64,000 nt of DNA. Origin: Kudoa neothunni. Lineage: Eukaryota; Animalia; Cnidaria. Below the pieces are notes generated by a model. It was given only the letters and a program-made list of their open reading frames with translations, searched no databases and was not told where the DNA came from. Shown here piece by piece: positions 1 to 13,637 of the stretch (positions within the stretch are counted from its first letter, which is position 1; every line of letters begins with the position of its first letter). The stretch lies in contig OZ199839.1 of the NCBI GenBank assembly GCA_964304625.1, forward strand, positions 4,327,292-4,391,291, given 5' to 3'. Both the position numbers and the translations under genes were made by a program.

Positions 1-1167
1 TGAAAAGTCTGGAATTAAGAGGTCGGAAATTGTTCAAGAATCCTATGGTTATTAAAATAAAAGACCGCCTCATGGATTTATCTCTATGTACGAATTTTTT
101 AGGCCATATCGTAGAAGATAAACAGTTATTCCCTGCTATTTTGTCTAGAGGAGTTTTGAATAAGTCATTTAACTTCCGTTATGAAAATCGAATCTCAGAT
201 ATTTCAATGGTACCTTCACCTATATTATGCATGTGTGTGTGTAAAAAACAATCGTTTGTTGACTTGATAACAGTTGAAAGACCTCGGACTTTCAATAATA
301 GAGTTGGTCAAATGTATTCCTGATGGTGTGGTTTGTTTCTTTCCTTCTTATGGATTTCTGGAGAATGTTATTTCTCTTTGGAAAAATGAGAAGATTTACC
401 ACGATCTTAATCAGATTAAACCAGTAAATGTATTTGTATCAAGCAAATTATAAAATTTAAGATTTTCTATGAAACTGCTGGTGGAGATGGAGATTTTGTA
501 TATGAAAGTTACAAAACCAATGTATTACAACCTAATTTAATAATATCATTTTAAAATTTGTCAAGCATTTATTTGAATTTTATAAAAATATTAAATTTAT
601 CACAGGTTCATTCTAATGGGGGAGGAATCTTCTTTGCAATAATGAATGGAAAGGTCAGTGAGGGAATAAATTTTACAAATGAATTAGCAAGGTTTTTATT
701 TATTTCTTGCTATCAGATTAGTTTAATACTCGTATCTAATTTAGAAGCGTTATAATCGTTGGGATGCCATTTATGCCAATTAAAACACCATCTGTCTATC
801 TTCGTTTGGACCATATTTGTAGAAACATTAATGTAGATTTGATTCGATTGGTGCTGGCATGATAAATATTTTAGGTACAAGCAGCCATGGATTTTTATGA
901 AAAGTCATGTATGACGGTGGTGAATCAATGTGTTGGTCGGGCGATACGCCACAAAGATGATTTCGCGTCTATGATCTACCTCGATCTAAGGTACAATCGA
1001 CCTAATCATCGTCGCAATATTCCCAGATGGATCAATTCTAATATCAAACATTATGACAATATATCTGTGATGAAAGATAAATTGCACAAAGTATCGTCTA
1101 TTTAACTTATTGGCTACTTATCTATTTATAGTTTTACTTGGTAAATCATGGAAACAACCAGGCCTAA
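1..1167 (+). CDS. DDX11: DDX11/Chl1-type Fe-S DNA helicase, 3' part (multi-exon, 5' end outside the window)
   Basis: Spliced translation gives GHIV...ELVKCIPDGVVCFFPSY...AIMNGKVSEGINF...IVGMPF...VNQCVGRAIRHKDDFASMIYLDLRY, the helicase C-terminal motifs of the XPD/Chl1 family. Short GT-AG introns; last exon FYLVNHGNNQA*. Confidence 0.85.
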
Positions 1168-1481
1168 TTACAAAATTTTACATAATATTCTTACTGGAAA
1201 TTAATGTTTTACAATTTTCTTGAAGATTGTTTTTAACCCCCTGAAAATTTTACGGTTTTATTTGTATTATGACCTTATTTTGATGTACCCTTTAGCTAAA
1301 ATATTTTTTATCATCAAGTCTTTCCAGTTAAAAATAATGACACATATTTTTGGAGAAATTTTTTAAAATATTGCGATTATAAAACTTTAAATGTGCTTTA
1401 TAGTACTTTGTGCTTTTAGGATCGTATGTGATCTCAAAAATTTTTATTTAATAAAATATATAATTTAATGGAATTCTTTAA

Positions 1482-4400
1482 ATCCTCCGAGGACGGTTTT
1501 TTAAGAGTAATTTCTTAAAAACTGGAGGTTATAATCAATTCAATCTAATGCTTCTTAACAGCCACATAAAAATTTTCAAAGATTTTTGTATTTTGAACAA
1601 AATTTGGTAAACCCTCAAAACAGAAAATTAACACATATGAGCCAAGACTCGATCTAATATTAGTCCGACATGTGCACACTACCACGTTTTTACGTTTGCT
1701 GTCGATAAAAATGGTAATGACAAATTTTATAAAGAGATTTCTACAAATTGTTGAAGCCACCCGAATTAGCCGCTTAATCACGAGCTCCGGAAAGCACCGA
1801 TAACAATATATTGTAATATGTGGATTAATTTTAAGTACATTCTTGTGTCTATAAATAAATAATTTATTCTTCTTTTAAAAACAAAATATTCGGTTTAAAA
1901 CATGGATAAAACCGTAATATTTGACTATTATTTTAATTTAAACTATTTGAATTAAATCACATAAAACGAGGTAATAGGAATAAATGTAATAAATGTTACA
2001 ACGTAAATATGGACCCAATATAATAATTACGATTAAATAAATATAAAATGAGGTTTTATGAGACTAAAAAAGAATTATTCAAAAATTCAAATATGAAATC
2101 ATGGCGCTGGACAGATATATCCAAATAAAATCAATCAGAGTTTCCATCAACACATAACGAACATAGATATAAATTCTTTCTGAATTTTTGAGCTATGCAT
2201 ATTGGTTTGTTACAATTAGACCATTGAATTTTGGTTTTCCTATCTCTCTTTCTGGGGCGGAAATGGCATCGATTCTTTGTAACTGTTCATTGTAAATTTG
2301 AGTCATTGTTTATATTTATACCAACATATTCATCAAAGATTCTAAAGATTTCTTTATGATAGCTGTGTAATGCCGGTAACGTCTTCTTTCTATTATTAAC
2401 ATTCGGGATTATTAAATCTGTCGATAACTCCTTAAGGAAATATTGTCGACGACCGCGGTCTGTTTTCCTCCAATCAGGGAACTTTGCGATGTATATGATA
2501 TACGCATTTAAAGCCGCAATATCAATTAATTCAAAAAAGAAATGTAGAGACCATCTTCTAGTTGTCCTAGCACAACTATATAGTTTGGTCATACGGTCTC
2601 CGTTATCGATACCCCCCTTAGTCTTATTATAATGAGTTATTATTTCGAATCTTTTTCTCTCTTCTCTTTCTACGGCATAATCGTTGTGTTCGGTTTAAAG
2701 TAACAGAATATTTCGATTTTTTGTTGACAAATATGATACCAATGCGATGTTATTCGAACAACAAAAAACAAAAGATTTTTCACGTCCTTTAATGTCTAAG
2801 ATTTTTGGTGGAATATACCTGTTATTTCGCCTCAATGTACCAGTAATAGTTATATTCTGCTCCAATAAAAACAGTGCTAATGGAATAGACGTAAAGAAAT
2901 TATCGGTAGCAAAACCTCTGCACGTCCCAAAATAAGGTTGTAACAATTCCTTTACAACTCTCTCCCTTTGTTTAATATCTCTCGTGCCTCCAACTTTCCC
3001 CAGGTAAGACTGGATATTTAAAATATTAGAAGTCTTCACACCTTCCGTAATCCAGAATTTCATATCATATTTATCTGGTTTTCCTTTTATATACATTCTG
3101 AAATAACAATTGCCTCTAGACCCGACCACTCTTTCATCCACCGTAATGTACGAGTCAGGTGAATAATTTTTGCGAAGGGGATCGTTTATCATGGTGAAAA
3201 TCTCACGGATAGGTTCGAGCCTATCACCTGAAATACGAATTCTTTCTGGTCGATTTAATTTATCATCGAACCATAAAGTACAATAAATATAAATCTATCT
3301 CATGGCAGTGCAACGGAAAAAAAGATTGCCTAAACAGTGGATTACCATCCTAGATCTGTTTCAAGGATAGTTTTTTCGAGTTACATCTACCCGATGCAAT
3401 TAATATCCCTATATATGCGCGGAGCTCATCAACAGAAATCAATGTTGCGCTTGAATTTTTGGGGTTACTCAAGTTGTATTTGTTTGTAAAATACACGATC
3501 TTTTTCAACACCTCGTCGGAGAAGAATAAGATGAAAGAACCTAAAATCGAGGCTATGTTGTTGGCGTCCCCTAAAAGGCCAGGTTCGGCGTTGACTCTGT
3601 TGTGGAACCTAGTTTTGATCCTACGTTTTTGAGTAAAATTCTATTCGAGTCCAGACTTTACAGTAGACATGACATTAGAATCGTCAGACAAATCTAAAAA
3701 ATCATCTGATGACTCAAAAGATTCAATACTTTATATGAATCATCGGAGAAGGAACCCTCAAAGTCCAGATCGCTGTCATAGTCATCATTTTCTATATGAT
3801 CACTAATGAGTTAATTAGAATCATCGCTAGACATTGTCTTCAGCATCCAATTACATTAAATTAAAAACAGACAATACTTGTTACGTTCGCAGCAGCTATA
3901 CAAAGAAAGACAATAAGCAAGACAACAACAAGTTGTCAATGAATAATCCAACCTTAGTTGAGTTTATATAGTAGAATGGGCGCGTTCCACGATCAGCTAC
4001 GAAATTCCAATTTAGGACGTTTGGCCGTCCTCCCAGAAGAACTTTCGGAAACATAATGCTGTAACCTTCTGTAATAAACGTATCACGGATTTTCTTATAT
4101 GATTTCTGCGCAATAATTATATTTAATCGATTTTAAATTAAAAATTGTTAATCTCATTCTCAATCCCTCAACCATATCGGATTGGATATCAATATGACTA
4201 ATTTTTTCTTATATATATTTTTATAAATATTTTTTGTTATATTATATATTTATGAATCAAACCTTATTAAAATACTGTTAAATATTAGGTTTTAATGGAG
4301 AAAGTTTTTCCACAAGCTAAAGAAACACAAAAATCTTGTAAATAACAAAATATAAAATCAAATTTTAGTTGGTAAAAAAACTTTAATACTCAAGCGGAGA

Positions 4401-4499
4401 ATTCGTGGAATATGGATTCAATGAAAATCGAATTTCTATGAGAAAATTTAAAAATTCGAAAATTGGGGTCCCTAAATACCCTGCGTCGTCCCGGAAGGG
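1482..4499 (-). mobile_element. piggyBac DNA transposon (PGBD4-like), decayed
   Basis: Minus-strand transposase fragments: TVDERVV, YIKGKPDKY, TDNFFTSIPLA, GTLRRN, YSCARTTRRWSLHFFFELIDIAALNAY, and a degenerate Cys-rich tail near 2150-2280. Right end is ...CCGGAAGGG-TTAA (4500-4503). The left end (TTAA 1478-1481, ATCCTCCGAGGACG) is degenerate and uncertain. Confidence 0.85.
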
Positions 4500-5022
4500 T
4501 TAACAGATCAATGAGAAAATAGGTATAATATAAGGGTTTCTTAATGCGAATGTTATTAAAGTCTTTACATATAATAATAGAATGCTTCGACTTAGATTAT
4601 TCTATAGATGTTGAAAGAGAATGCGTTTATATTTTTTCAAATTAAATGTTTCAGTATTACTACTTCAGATTCTTTTAATGGATGAGGAATGGGGAAAAAA
4701 TTTTGTTCCTTCAAAAATATATTTTTCACGACTTACTTAAGAGTCAAACTACATAAATTTTGTGGTGATATTTTTTCAAACAATGAGATTACTTTTTCAA
4801 ATTCTTATCGATAGTTAAATGTGTTAAAAATATTACAGAGGTGCCATAATTTTTATATATTGAATGGTTCCTTTTCGAGAGTTCCATAGTTTCAGTTGTG
4901 AATACGACCTCCACTAAAGCAACTATCACGTCTGGCCTCATTGCACTAATAATGATTTTAAATCATCGATTCGCACATCATTTCATTCATATTTCGCAGA
5001 ATTGAGAATTAAATTTATTGTA

Positions 5023-6460
5023 ATGAAGCCGAAAACTTTGAGCAAACCTGGTGAGCCTAATGGTTATCACTCTGCCAGAGACAAAATAGAGTTTCTCGAT
5101 GACATCGAAGATTTTTATTATGATGACAAAGCTCAAGACCCAACAAACAAAACCTCAGATTGTGCTACCTTTTGGAATATCTGCAATACCATTCAAGGTT
5201 TGCCCATCCTAACCATTCCATATATTGTTTTGGTTGGTGGATGGTATTCCATTTTGTCAATCTGCATTGTCGCGTTGCTGACTGATTTTGCTTGTGTGCT
5301 CCTATACGATTCGCTACAAGAACATAACTCAAAAGTCACACTAACCACCCACCTCTTAGCCACCTCTTACGAAGATCTTGGCGAAATAGCTTTTGGTGAC
5401 AGTGGCAGAAAGCTACTTTTTGGATGTATGTTTTTACAGACAATGGCTGTCGCATCCATCTATCCATTGTTGGTCGGGTCTATGCTGGAATCAGTGTTTG
5501 GAAACCGATTTATGTATTTGTGGGAGTGGGTGTTTGTTGGCTCGATATTCTTTATTCCGAGTTGTTTTGTTAAAAATCTAGAACAAGTTTCGTGGACAAG
5601 TGTTGTCACAGTCGTCAGTGCCAAGGTTTGAATTATCTCACATTTATCTTTTTGATGTTATATTTCCATTAAATAGATTGTGTTTGTTGTTCTAATAGCC
5701 TACAGTTTTCATTTATATCATTCGTGGACTGTGGCCAACCTAAACGATTTCAACATGTTTGAGTTTCCCGGAGCCATCGCCATTCTACTTTCGTGTTATC
5801 TGGCTCAACCTTTCATACCTTCGATTTGCTCAAGTATGGCTAGACCACATAACTTCAAATGGATCCTTCATTTGGCTATTGTCTCAATGACTTCGTTAAA
5901 TATTATTGTTGGAATTTTCAGTGATGCTGCTTTTCGTCCCAATACTCAACAAGTATTAAGACTATCCTCATATTTGGTGCAACAATCCATTTTGATATGT
6001 TCTCTAGCCTGTTACAAACAACTTGCCTGAAGGAGTTTTTCGATTATTTCTCAATACACTTGGAACAGTTTTAGCGTTCACCTCATACACCTTGCCTATC
6101 TTTACCAGTTTTGGTGTATTCGAAAGGTTTGTATGTAATTTTTTTGATACCGAACGACTTTTCGTGGAACGTCACACCTTCGAATTGCACAAGTTTTCTC
6201 TTGTTTTAATATCAATTGGAATGGCAGCTTTTATTCCAGGTCTACCACTTTTTCTCTCATTAATCTGCTCCACTGCTGGAATCGGACTAGAATTTATACT
6301 TCCTGCTATTATCTATATTCAAATTTGCGGAAAAACTACTTCTACCTCAAAACGCACGTTAGCATGGGCGTTATTGGTTTTAGGTATCATTCTTATGATT
6401 TGCTCAGTGTCGTTGACTGGCGTAGCCATCCTCCATGTTGTCTACTCTTCGATCATATAA
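5023..6460 (+). CDS. Vesicular inhibitory amino-acid transporter-like (SLC32/AAAP family); exons 5023-5625, 5677-5952, 6008-6460
   Basis: WNICNTIQGLPILTIPY..GGW resembles the VIAAT motif WNVTNAIQGMFVLGLPY..GG; SYEDLGEIAFG is present; about 11 hydrophobic segments. Two GT-AG introns (51 and 55 nt) restore a continuous frame. Confidence 0.8.
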
Positions 6461-8599
6461 CATCTCAGAAAATTGTACCTTATTACCATAAAACATCCGT
6501 CCATTTGTAAACAATTTGTATCTATTTTCATTTGTTATTTTCCTTTCGTTATCTTTTAGACAAACCATATCTTTTCTATTAATGCAAATTAAATATTTAC
6601 GGATAAAAACAAATTTGTTCTTATCAAATCAATAATAATCTAAAACGAAGGTAGGCACCCTTACAACATTTGAACGAAAATATCACCTAAAAATTAAATT
6701 TATAAGTTGTGATTTAACATTTATTACGATAACTAATAGTTTGTCGCTCTTTTTATTAATTGATTTAATTAATACGATTATTTTTAAGATAACTCCAAGT
6801 AAAAATTACATTATTTTGAAATATTAAAATCTTCGTATATATACATATATATGGACCTAACTTGTTGAGGGATATTAACCATCTTAGTGATATTTAAAGC
6901 CTTTAATTTAACTTTTCGGAAATTTAAAGTATAACTATGAACTTTGAATTTTCACGGAAATGTTATCAATCCTTACTAGATAGATGTTGCCTGGACCAAA
7001 ATCATGTACAATTAAGCATTATGACAATCTGAATTTGTTGCTGTGACATTCCTTATTTATAATTTTTACATTAGTTTGGCAGTAGATTAAGACTGAATTA
7101 AAATCTATGAACGATCAAATTTTTTGATAGTAACTATGTTTTGCTTAGCTTACTATTTTACTTAAATGTCATATGAAGACGATTAAGTAACAACTAAATC
7201 GATATTTAACTTAACAAACTTTATACTAATAAATACCTCAATTAATAATATTAGCTACAGTGATGAACCACTCGTATATACATTAGGTACTTTACATCTT
7301 ATAGATTTTCATTAATAATAGATCAAACGATTTTCAATCATAATTATTGCGAATAAAGAAAAAACATGCGGATGAATCGTAATCTTCTTGTTGCCATGTA
7401 CCCAGGATTAAATTATTAAATTTTACCTAACTTTAATTAGTAACGAATAAATAAATTATTTCATAGTTATAATTAGAAAATACGATATTTTTTATGCAAT
7501 GATGGGTAACGCTTGCATCACTGAATTTTTTTATCTTGGACTACGTTTTTCATTATTTTCTTTAATAACAGTATGACTATAAATTATTATTTTAGGTTAT
7601 ATTTATTAGTTAATATTGAAAAAAATTCTCGGAATAGTAAAATCATTCTCTAACCGATATTATGTGACTTGATGACATTATCTAAAGCTGGAATTATTTA
7701 ACGTTCTCAGCAGCCCAGTGCATGAAAACCTCCCCAAACAATTTTTTTATAGATCTTAAAACTTAAAGTATACACAAATTTATATTACGGTCACAGACTA
7801 AACTTTGAGGAAATGCAGACACATTACCCCATTTCAAATTTCCTTAATTTACGAAATTACATTTTCTACCATATAAAACTAATAATAACATTATTGGTTA
7901 AAAAATTTAAAACATGACTACAAAAATAACTATGAGACAATGTTCACAATAGGATTTAGTATTTCGTACTTAATTAATATCATTTTCTTGTTGAATAATT
8001 GGAAACGAAGAAAACGAAATAGGAAAATCAGACTTTTGAAAAATCTCGAGTATTTCTAGGAGACGGTTTATGCATTTCTGTTTACAAGAGATTGATTTAA
8101 ACGACATAGCTAATAAGATCCAATCTATTGACATCAAAAGACGGATTCCAACCTTCAAATGTACACTCGAAAATTACAACGGGTCATTTGCTTATAACAT
8201 TGATGAAATTTATTTACTTTGGCCGAAGAACAAATTTATATTTAATCTCCATTGTAGTTATTATTAAAGACAAATATGTCTCTTTCCACGCATCCACATT
8301 CAGGAACTAAGCTATAAAAATAGTATCGCAGTATAATTTTGTGTATCAAGTATTTAAACAAAGTTACTTATAATCATGTCGAAATTCCAAAAAAAATAAA
8401 TAAAAATAAGATTCTACTTATAAATATGCAGTATACGATACGTAAATGGTTCAAGAACTATAGTCAACAACGGCTATTGCGCACATTTTTGAGGGGAGTG
8501 ACATAAAAATAAAATTTAAGTATTATCATTAAAATAAGCAAATCAAAAATTATACTTTTAGAAAATTGTTATATTTTTTTCATTTCTCTTTAAATTCTA

Positions 8600-9602
8600 T
8601 AATTTAAATATCCTATTTACCAATAGGAACAAATCATTCAATCCATCTGGATCTTAAAGTAAAACTCCCAGGATTTTTAAATTTACCAATTAAAACAGAT
8701 GGGAGTTTACTCCTATTTAAAAAAAGTGACAGTAAAAGATTCATTCTTTTTTGGATATTTTGTCCATTATATTCCGACTTCATCCTTTAAGACATAACTA
8801 ACGTTTTGTAACTGCTCACAAAAGAAGGGAAGTTTCATCAATGTTTATAACGTCTTTAGTACCATATGCTTTAACCAAATCAATGCTTTCAACAACCCAT
8901 GAGTCAATAGACGAAATATCTGTATTCGCAGCCTCACCATGAAACATTTTGAAAGCTATCCCATATTTTGACGTGGAATCTGAAAAACACCCTTAACTAG
9001 ACTTTAAATTGGAAATTTCTTGTTTATTTGCAATATATGAAGCAATTTCGATAATAACACATCTCAGTAGAACATTATCATCGGCCATTGTTTAACGATC
9101 CAATCATACAGCTCACCATCTATATTTTTAATTTTCCCAAAAAATGTGCCATCCTTTTAGTTTCAATATCCGTATTGTTGAATTTATCTTCGTGTGAACA
9201 AATTCTATCAATTTTTAAGGGACCTTAAACGAGACAATGTATTAATATTCAAAATAAATCACCACATCTCTCAATTTAAACTTAGAAATTGTCATTTTTT
9301 CGACAACTTTCAATAATGTTATCGAATTATAATAATCAATGATTTCTCATTTCTCTTAACTATTACGTTTTTAACGGGAAATAATGAAGAAAACGCTTCT
9401 ATTTTTAAATAGATGGGTTATTAAAACCACGCAATAACGAGACTATTTATAAGTAAAAAATTTTCTTATTTTTTAATGTTAACAATGTTTACAAAATGAT
9501 AAATAATAACAATACAAAAAAACTAGGTTTTTCTCTAAAAAGAATAACGTCGAAATTTTGGAATTACGCAATATCCAGTCACGCGGTATCCAGTCTCGAC
9601 TG
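8600..9602 (-). mobile_element. pogo/Tigger (DDE_1) transposon relic with one terminal repeat
   Basis: Minus-strand fragments GIAFKMFHGEAA, DVINIDETSL and KLPSVLIGKFKNP. Terminus TA-CAGTCGAGACTGGATA at 9602 with an internal TATCCAGTC duplication. Confidence 0.7.
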
Positions 9603-9719
9603 TATTTTTTTAATCATTTACGTACAGTGTTCAAAATAAGAATGAAATGAGCACACAAAGAAAACAATAAATCTTTTAAAAAAAACTTTATAGAAACAAA
9701 AAAAGGATAAATATTTTTT

Positions 9720-11517
9720 GATTATCTACTTTCCTGTTCTTTGCGATCGTTAACTAACATTTTAAATCTTGGTTCTTTGTTAGTTAACGAGATTCGCAAA
9801 TCATTCTCAGGATTTAACAAATTTCTATAATTGTTTTTTATATGCACCAAAAATGAAAAACCTGACTCATACAACCAAGTTGTTGAAAATGGGATTAGAA
9901 TATTCAACGCTCGCTTTGCAAGGAACGGATAAACAGTCTGAGCATGACCCTAAAATTTGTCAAGTGTATTTAAGTCATATATGAGTTTCATCGCTTGACA
10001 TTCTTGAAAATCAATTAGCTCTTCTATATCGTGATCTTCATTACACATATTTTCAAATTTAAATGAAAATGGGTTGATGATCCAAACGTCAGATGCATCC
10101 AAATTTCCTGTCGAAAAATACCCATAAAATGAGAGAATTAACGCTTTAAGGCGGTAAACAATGTCAGACGTTATATTTTGTCTAAATTTTTGATTTTCTT
10201 CAACTGAAGAATTTCATCAAGAGATGAAAAGTATACGAAATTTTCATCTTGAATCCTTAAGCTCCACAAAAGTAATTTCCTACGAAATGCACGCATTTTT
10301 TCAGAGGCTGTCACAATATTCATATCCTTCCCTTGAATTGACTAACTCCAATTTTCAATGTGTAAAAATATGTTTTTCAAGTAGGCCAGTATTATTAAAA
10401 AGTTCGGCTCCTCAAAAGCTATAACCAGCTCTGATTTTCGTCTATTTAAAAATTCTTGAATTTCGTTTCTAAGGCTAAAAAATCTTTCCAAGACTTTACC
10501 TCGAGAAAGCCATCTAACTTCGCTATGAAATAGTAGAACTGATGAATCAGCGTCAAGTTCACTGCAAAATGCCTTGAACAAGCGATGATTTAATGCTCTT
10601 CCGCGAATAAAGTTGATAATTTTCACACACGTATCCATAATTCTTTTAAAATTATCCGGTAAAATCTTAGACATCAACGCGTGACAATGAAGGAAACAAT
10701 GTGTAATCAAAACATCAGGTACTTCATTTCTGATTAATGAAACAAATCCAGATCTATTATCTAGCATGGCTGGAGCTCCATCAGTACAAACAGACCCAAT
10801 TCGATTCAAAGAAATATCCGCATTGTCGAATAAGATTTCACTCTATTAAATATGTCTTTCGCGGTTGTTATGGTTTCGAGAGGTTTACAGAAAAGAAACT
10901 CTTCCTCGATAATGGTTTCCTTCACGTAGCGAACAAAGCAGATGAGTTGACTACAATTTTCAACGTCCGTGGATTCATCCAATTGGATTGAAATCTTAAA
11001 AGGTGATGATTTGATATCTAAAATTATTTGATTAAGGATATCCTGTCCAATAGCGTCGATTCTATTTCGAACAACATTATTCGACATAGGAATCCTTTTA
11101 AGTTTAGTTGCAGCCTCTTCACCCAATACAATTCGTGCTGATTCAATAATGCACGGTTTTAAAAGATTCTCTGCTATTAGGTGCGGTTTTGCTTTAGCTA
11201 TTTCATGAGCAATTTTGAAGGAAGCCATAAGCAATGATTTATCCAGGGTGACAAATCCTAATTTTGGAAGTGTGCCCTTCATATCATAACGAATTCTTTT
11301 ATTTTTCAGTGAATCAATATCATTTCCTCTTTGTGTACTTCCGCCGAGTTTAACACGAAAATGCTCATCCAGTTTTTATGGTTTCAGATTTGAATTGGAA
11401 AATGTTGAATTACGAAAATACACAACGTGGTCGACCAATACCATCAATAACAATTTTCGTGAAACCATAGCGAGTGTAATCCTCCTTCCATTTTCTAACC
11501 TTTTGCTGAGCAACCAT
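9720..11517 (-). pseudogene. hAT (Buster/ZBED8-SCAND3-like) transposase, disrupted; possible element end near 12560
   Basis: RKWKEDYTRYGF..PRCVF, SIQLDESTD, VCTDGAPAM, THCFLH, EVRWLSRGKVLERF and PFSTTWLYESGFS..KNNYRN, with stops and frameshifts. GGGAACCGCTA at about 12550-12560 resembles a hAT TIR. Confidence 0.88.
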
Positions 11518-11806
11518 AATTAAAACGTGGAGAATATTCAGAGAGATTAGAGAAATAGAATCAAGATTTACATCGTTTATAATTATTGCACCCATAAAAC
11601 AATTTCAGTACATTAATTTTTAAGCTTAAAATATAAAAAATGGATGTATCAAGATTTTATTTGTTTAAAGATCAAATCAAAATAGTTATGTTTTAAAGCC
11701 AAGCAAATAAATGGTTGTAAACAGGCAAATAAAGACCGATACCTAAGTCTAAAATGTGATTAGTAATTGTTAATAATATACGTGGGCGACAACGAAGGTA
11801 CTTTAA

Positions 11807-11852
11807 CCTTCCGAACGCTCCGAAAATTACTATACACTTAGTGCTCGGAAGG
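11807..11852. mobile_element. 46-bp TTAA-flanked mini-element (piggyBac-like deletion derivative)
   Basis: TTAA-CCTTCCGAACGCT...AGTGCTCGGAAGG-TTAA: 8-bp perfect (11/13) inverted termini with TTAA on both sides. Confidence 0.65.
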
Positions 11853-13035
11853 TTAAATTATTATAACAAAAATTAGGCTAACTTTATATATTTAATACAA
11901 ATACGACAATCTTATTATAACAATGAACTGTATGGAGTTCATTACATACATAATAATATTTGTACCATTTATAATTTTTTATGGCCTAAAACTTAAATTT
12001 AAACATAAAATAATTTTGTTATTTGTGTATCATATGGCGATAGACACACATAGTTAAGAGAAATAATTTTTGTCAATGTATATCATTCTCAAAACGTTCC
12101 AACAGTAATTTTTCATACTTTTTTTAAATACACTTTTAAAATGGAAACACTATTAATAATAATATATCAATGATAACTCTCAAATGTTAGAAATAAGAAA
12201 GCCAAGTACATTCATCCAATCCCCTCTTTATAAATAATAAATATATGTCGGCGTAATATTTTATTAAAATAGAATAATCGGAATTATCCACCATAGATGT
12301 AGCAGTCATTACCGTTGAGGTAAGAATTGATACTAGAACATACTGGCCACGATTCATTTTTGGTATCAATACACTTAATGTTATTTTTTTCTTACTGTGT
12401 CGTCACATAACCAACAACTAATCGTCATAACAATTAAACGATAATAATTATGTATAATTAACAAATGATTGGACAAAAATTTCATCATTATTGAAACTTG
12501 CAACAGATTATTTCTACATTCGATTTTGAGTGATTCTCGCACCCCTATAGGGAACCGCTATTCTAAAATAACGTCATATAATCTGCATTTTTTATGAATT
12601 CGGTTGAAAATATAATTTATTTAATGATCCACAAATATATTTAACTTAAACCAACAGGTTGATAGTTGGTTGATTGGTGAACTATGTAATTAACAGATTT
12701 AAACACATGTATTAAAGTGCAAGTAATTAATTGAAAAATTCAGTAATAAAATTGTAATAAAGTTACATCAGAAAATACTTTATAATCATTACATTAACTA
12801 ATTATTAAATTACCAAAATTTCTTGAATTTTTTTGTTAATTCAAAAATATTCCTATACAGTCGAAGAATATAAAATTATATTCATAATTCCACGCTTATT
12901 TATGGCTAAAAAAATATAAAAGTAAAAACAAGATTAATATTTCTAATTGTGAAAAAAACACGAAAATCTATATCAAATAGAAATTATACTCTATTTTAGC
13001 TTAAGGTAATAAATAATACTGAAAACTAATGGCAA

Positions 13036-13637
13036 CTAGGCATGGTGGGGGTTTTGCATGCACTTAGCCTTGAGTGCATCGCAGCAAGATTGATTGCATT
13101 GAGCACATTGATTCATACACATACGAGGACAAAGTCCATTTAGAGCAGTGTTCGTTAGTTCCATAGCAGTTTGTACGGCAAGACCAGCTGCTTGAAGAGC
13201 TGCAATAGGAGAAGGAGGAGTTGGAGGGGGTGGGGGTGGGGGTATTGGCATACAACATTGTGGGGGACATTGAGGAGGGCATACGGGTGGTTGGATGGAA
13301 GGCATAGGGGGGCATTTGTGGCATCGGCATTGACATTGGTTGCATAGGCATTCCACCACCATTAGTTGGACATCCAGGTGGACACATAGAATTGCCCGCA
13401 GCTTGCAAGAAAGCTGATGCCACTTGTTTAGAACTGACACAACAAGCTGGATTGCATTGTGGGGCACAATCTGGAGAACATCCAGGGGGCAAGTCATTTG
13501 TCGTTTATTTGCCAGTTTGTTGTCCACTTTTATTTAAATTTATTTTTTAGATTGGGTTCATTACAAGCATGTTTATTACCTTCAGCTAAGATGATAAATT
13601 TCCCCAAGATAACAAATAACAAAATTAAATATGTCAT
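13036..13637 (-). CDS. Secreted nematocyst/polar-capsule-type protein with minicollagen-like cysteine-rich domains and polyproline, no Gly-X-Y helix
   Basis: Signal peptide MTYLILLFVILGKFIILAE, a short intron, and a propeptide ending in KR. These are followed by CPPGCSPDCAPQCNPACC (canonical CxxxCxxxCxxxCxxxCC), CPPQCPPQCC, a poly-Pro run and CPRMCMNQCAQCNQSCC. Needs frame changes at G homopolymers near 13487 and 13310. Confidence 0.8.

Noticed and set aside
7970-8310. Short ORFs with protein-like composition
   Set aside because: Broken frames and no recognisable motif; possibly a transposon scrap, but unsupported.
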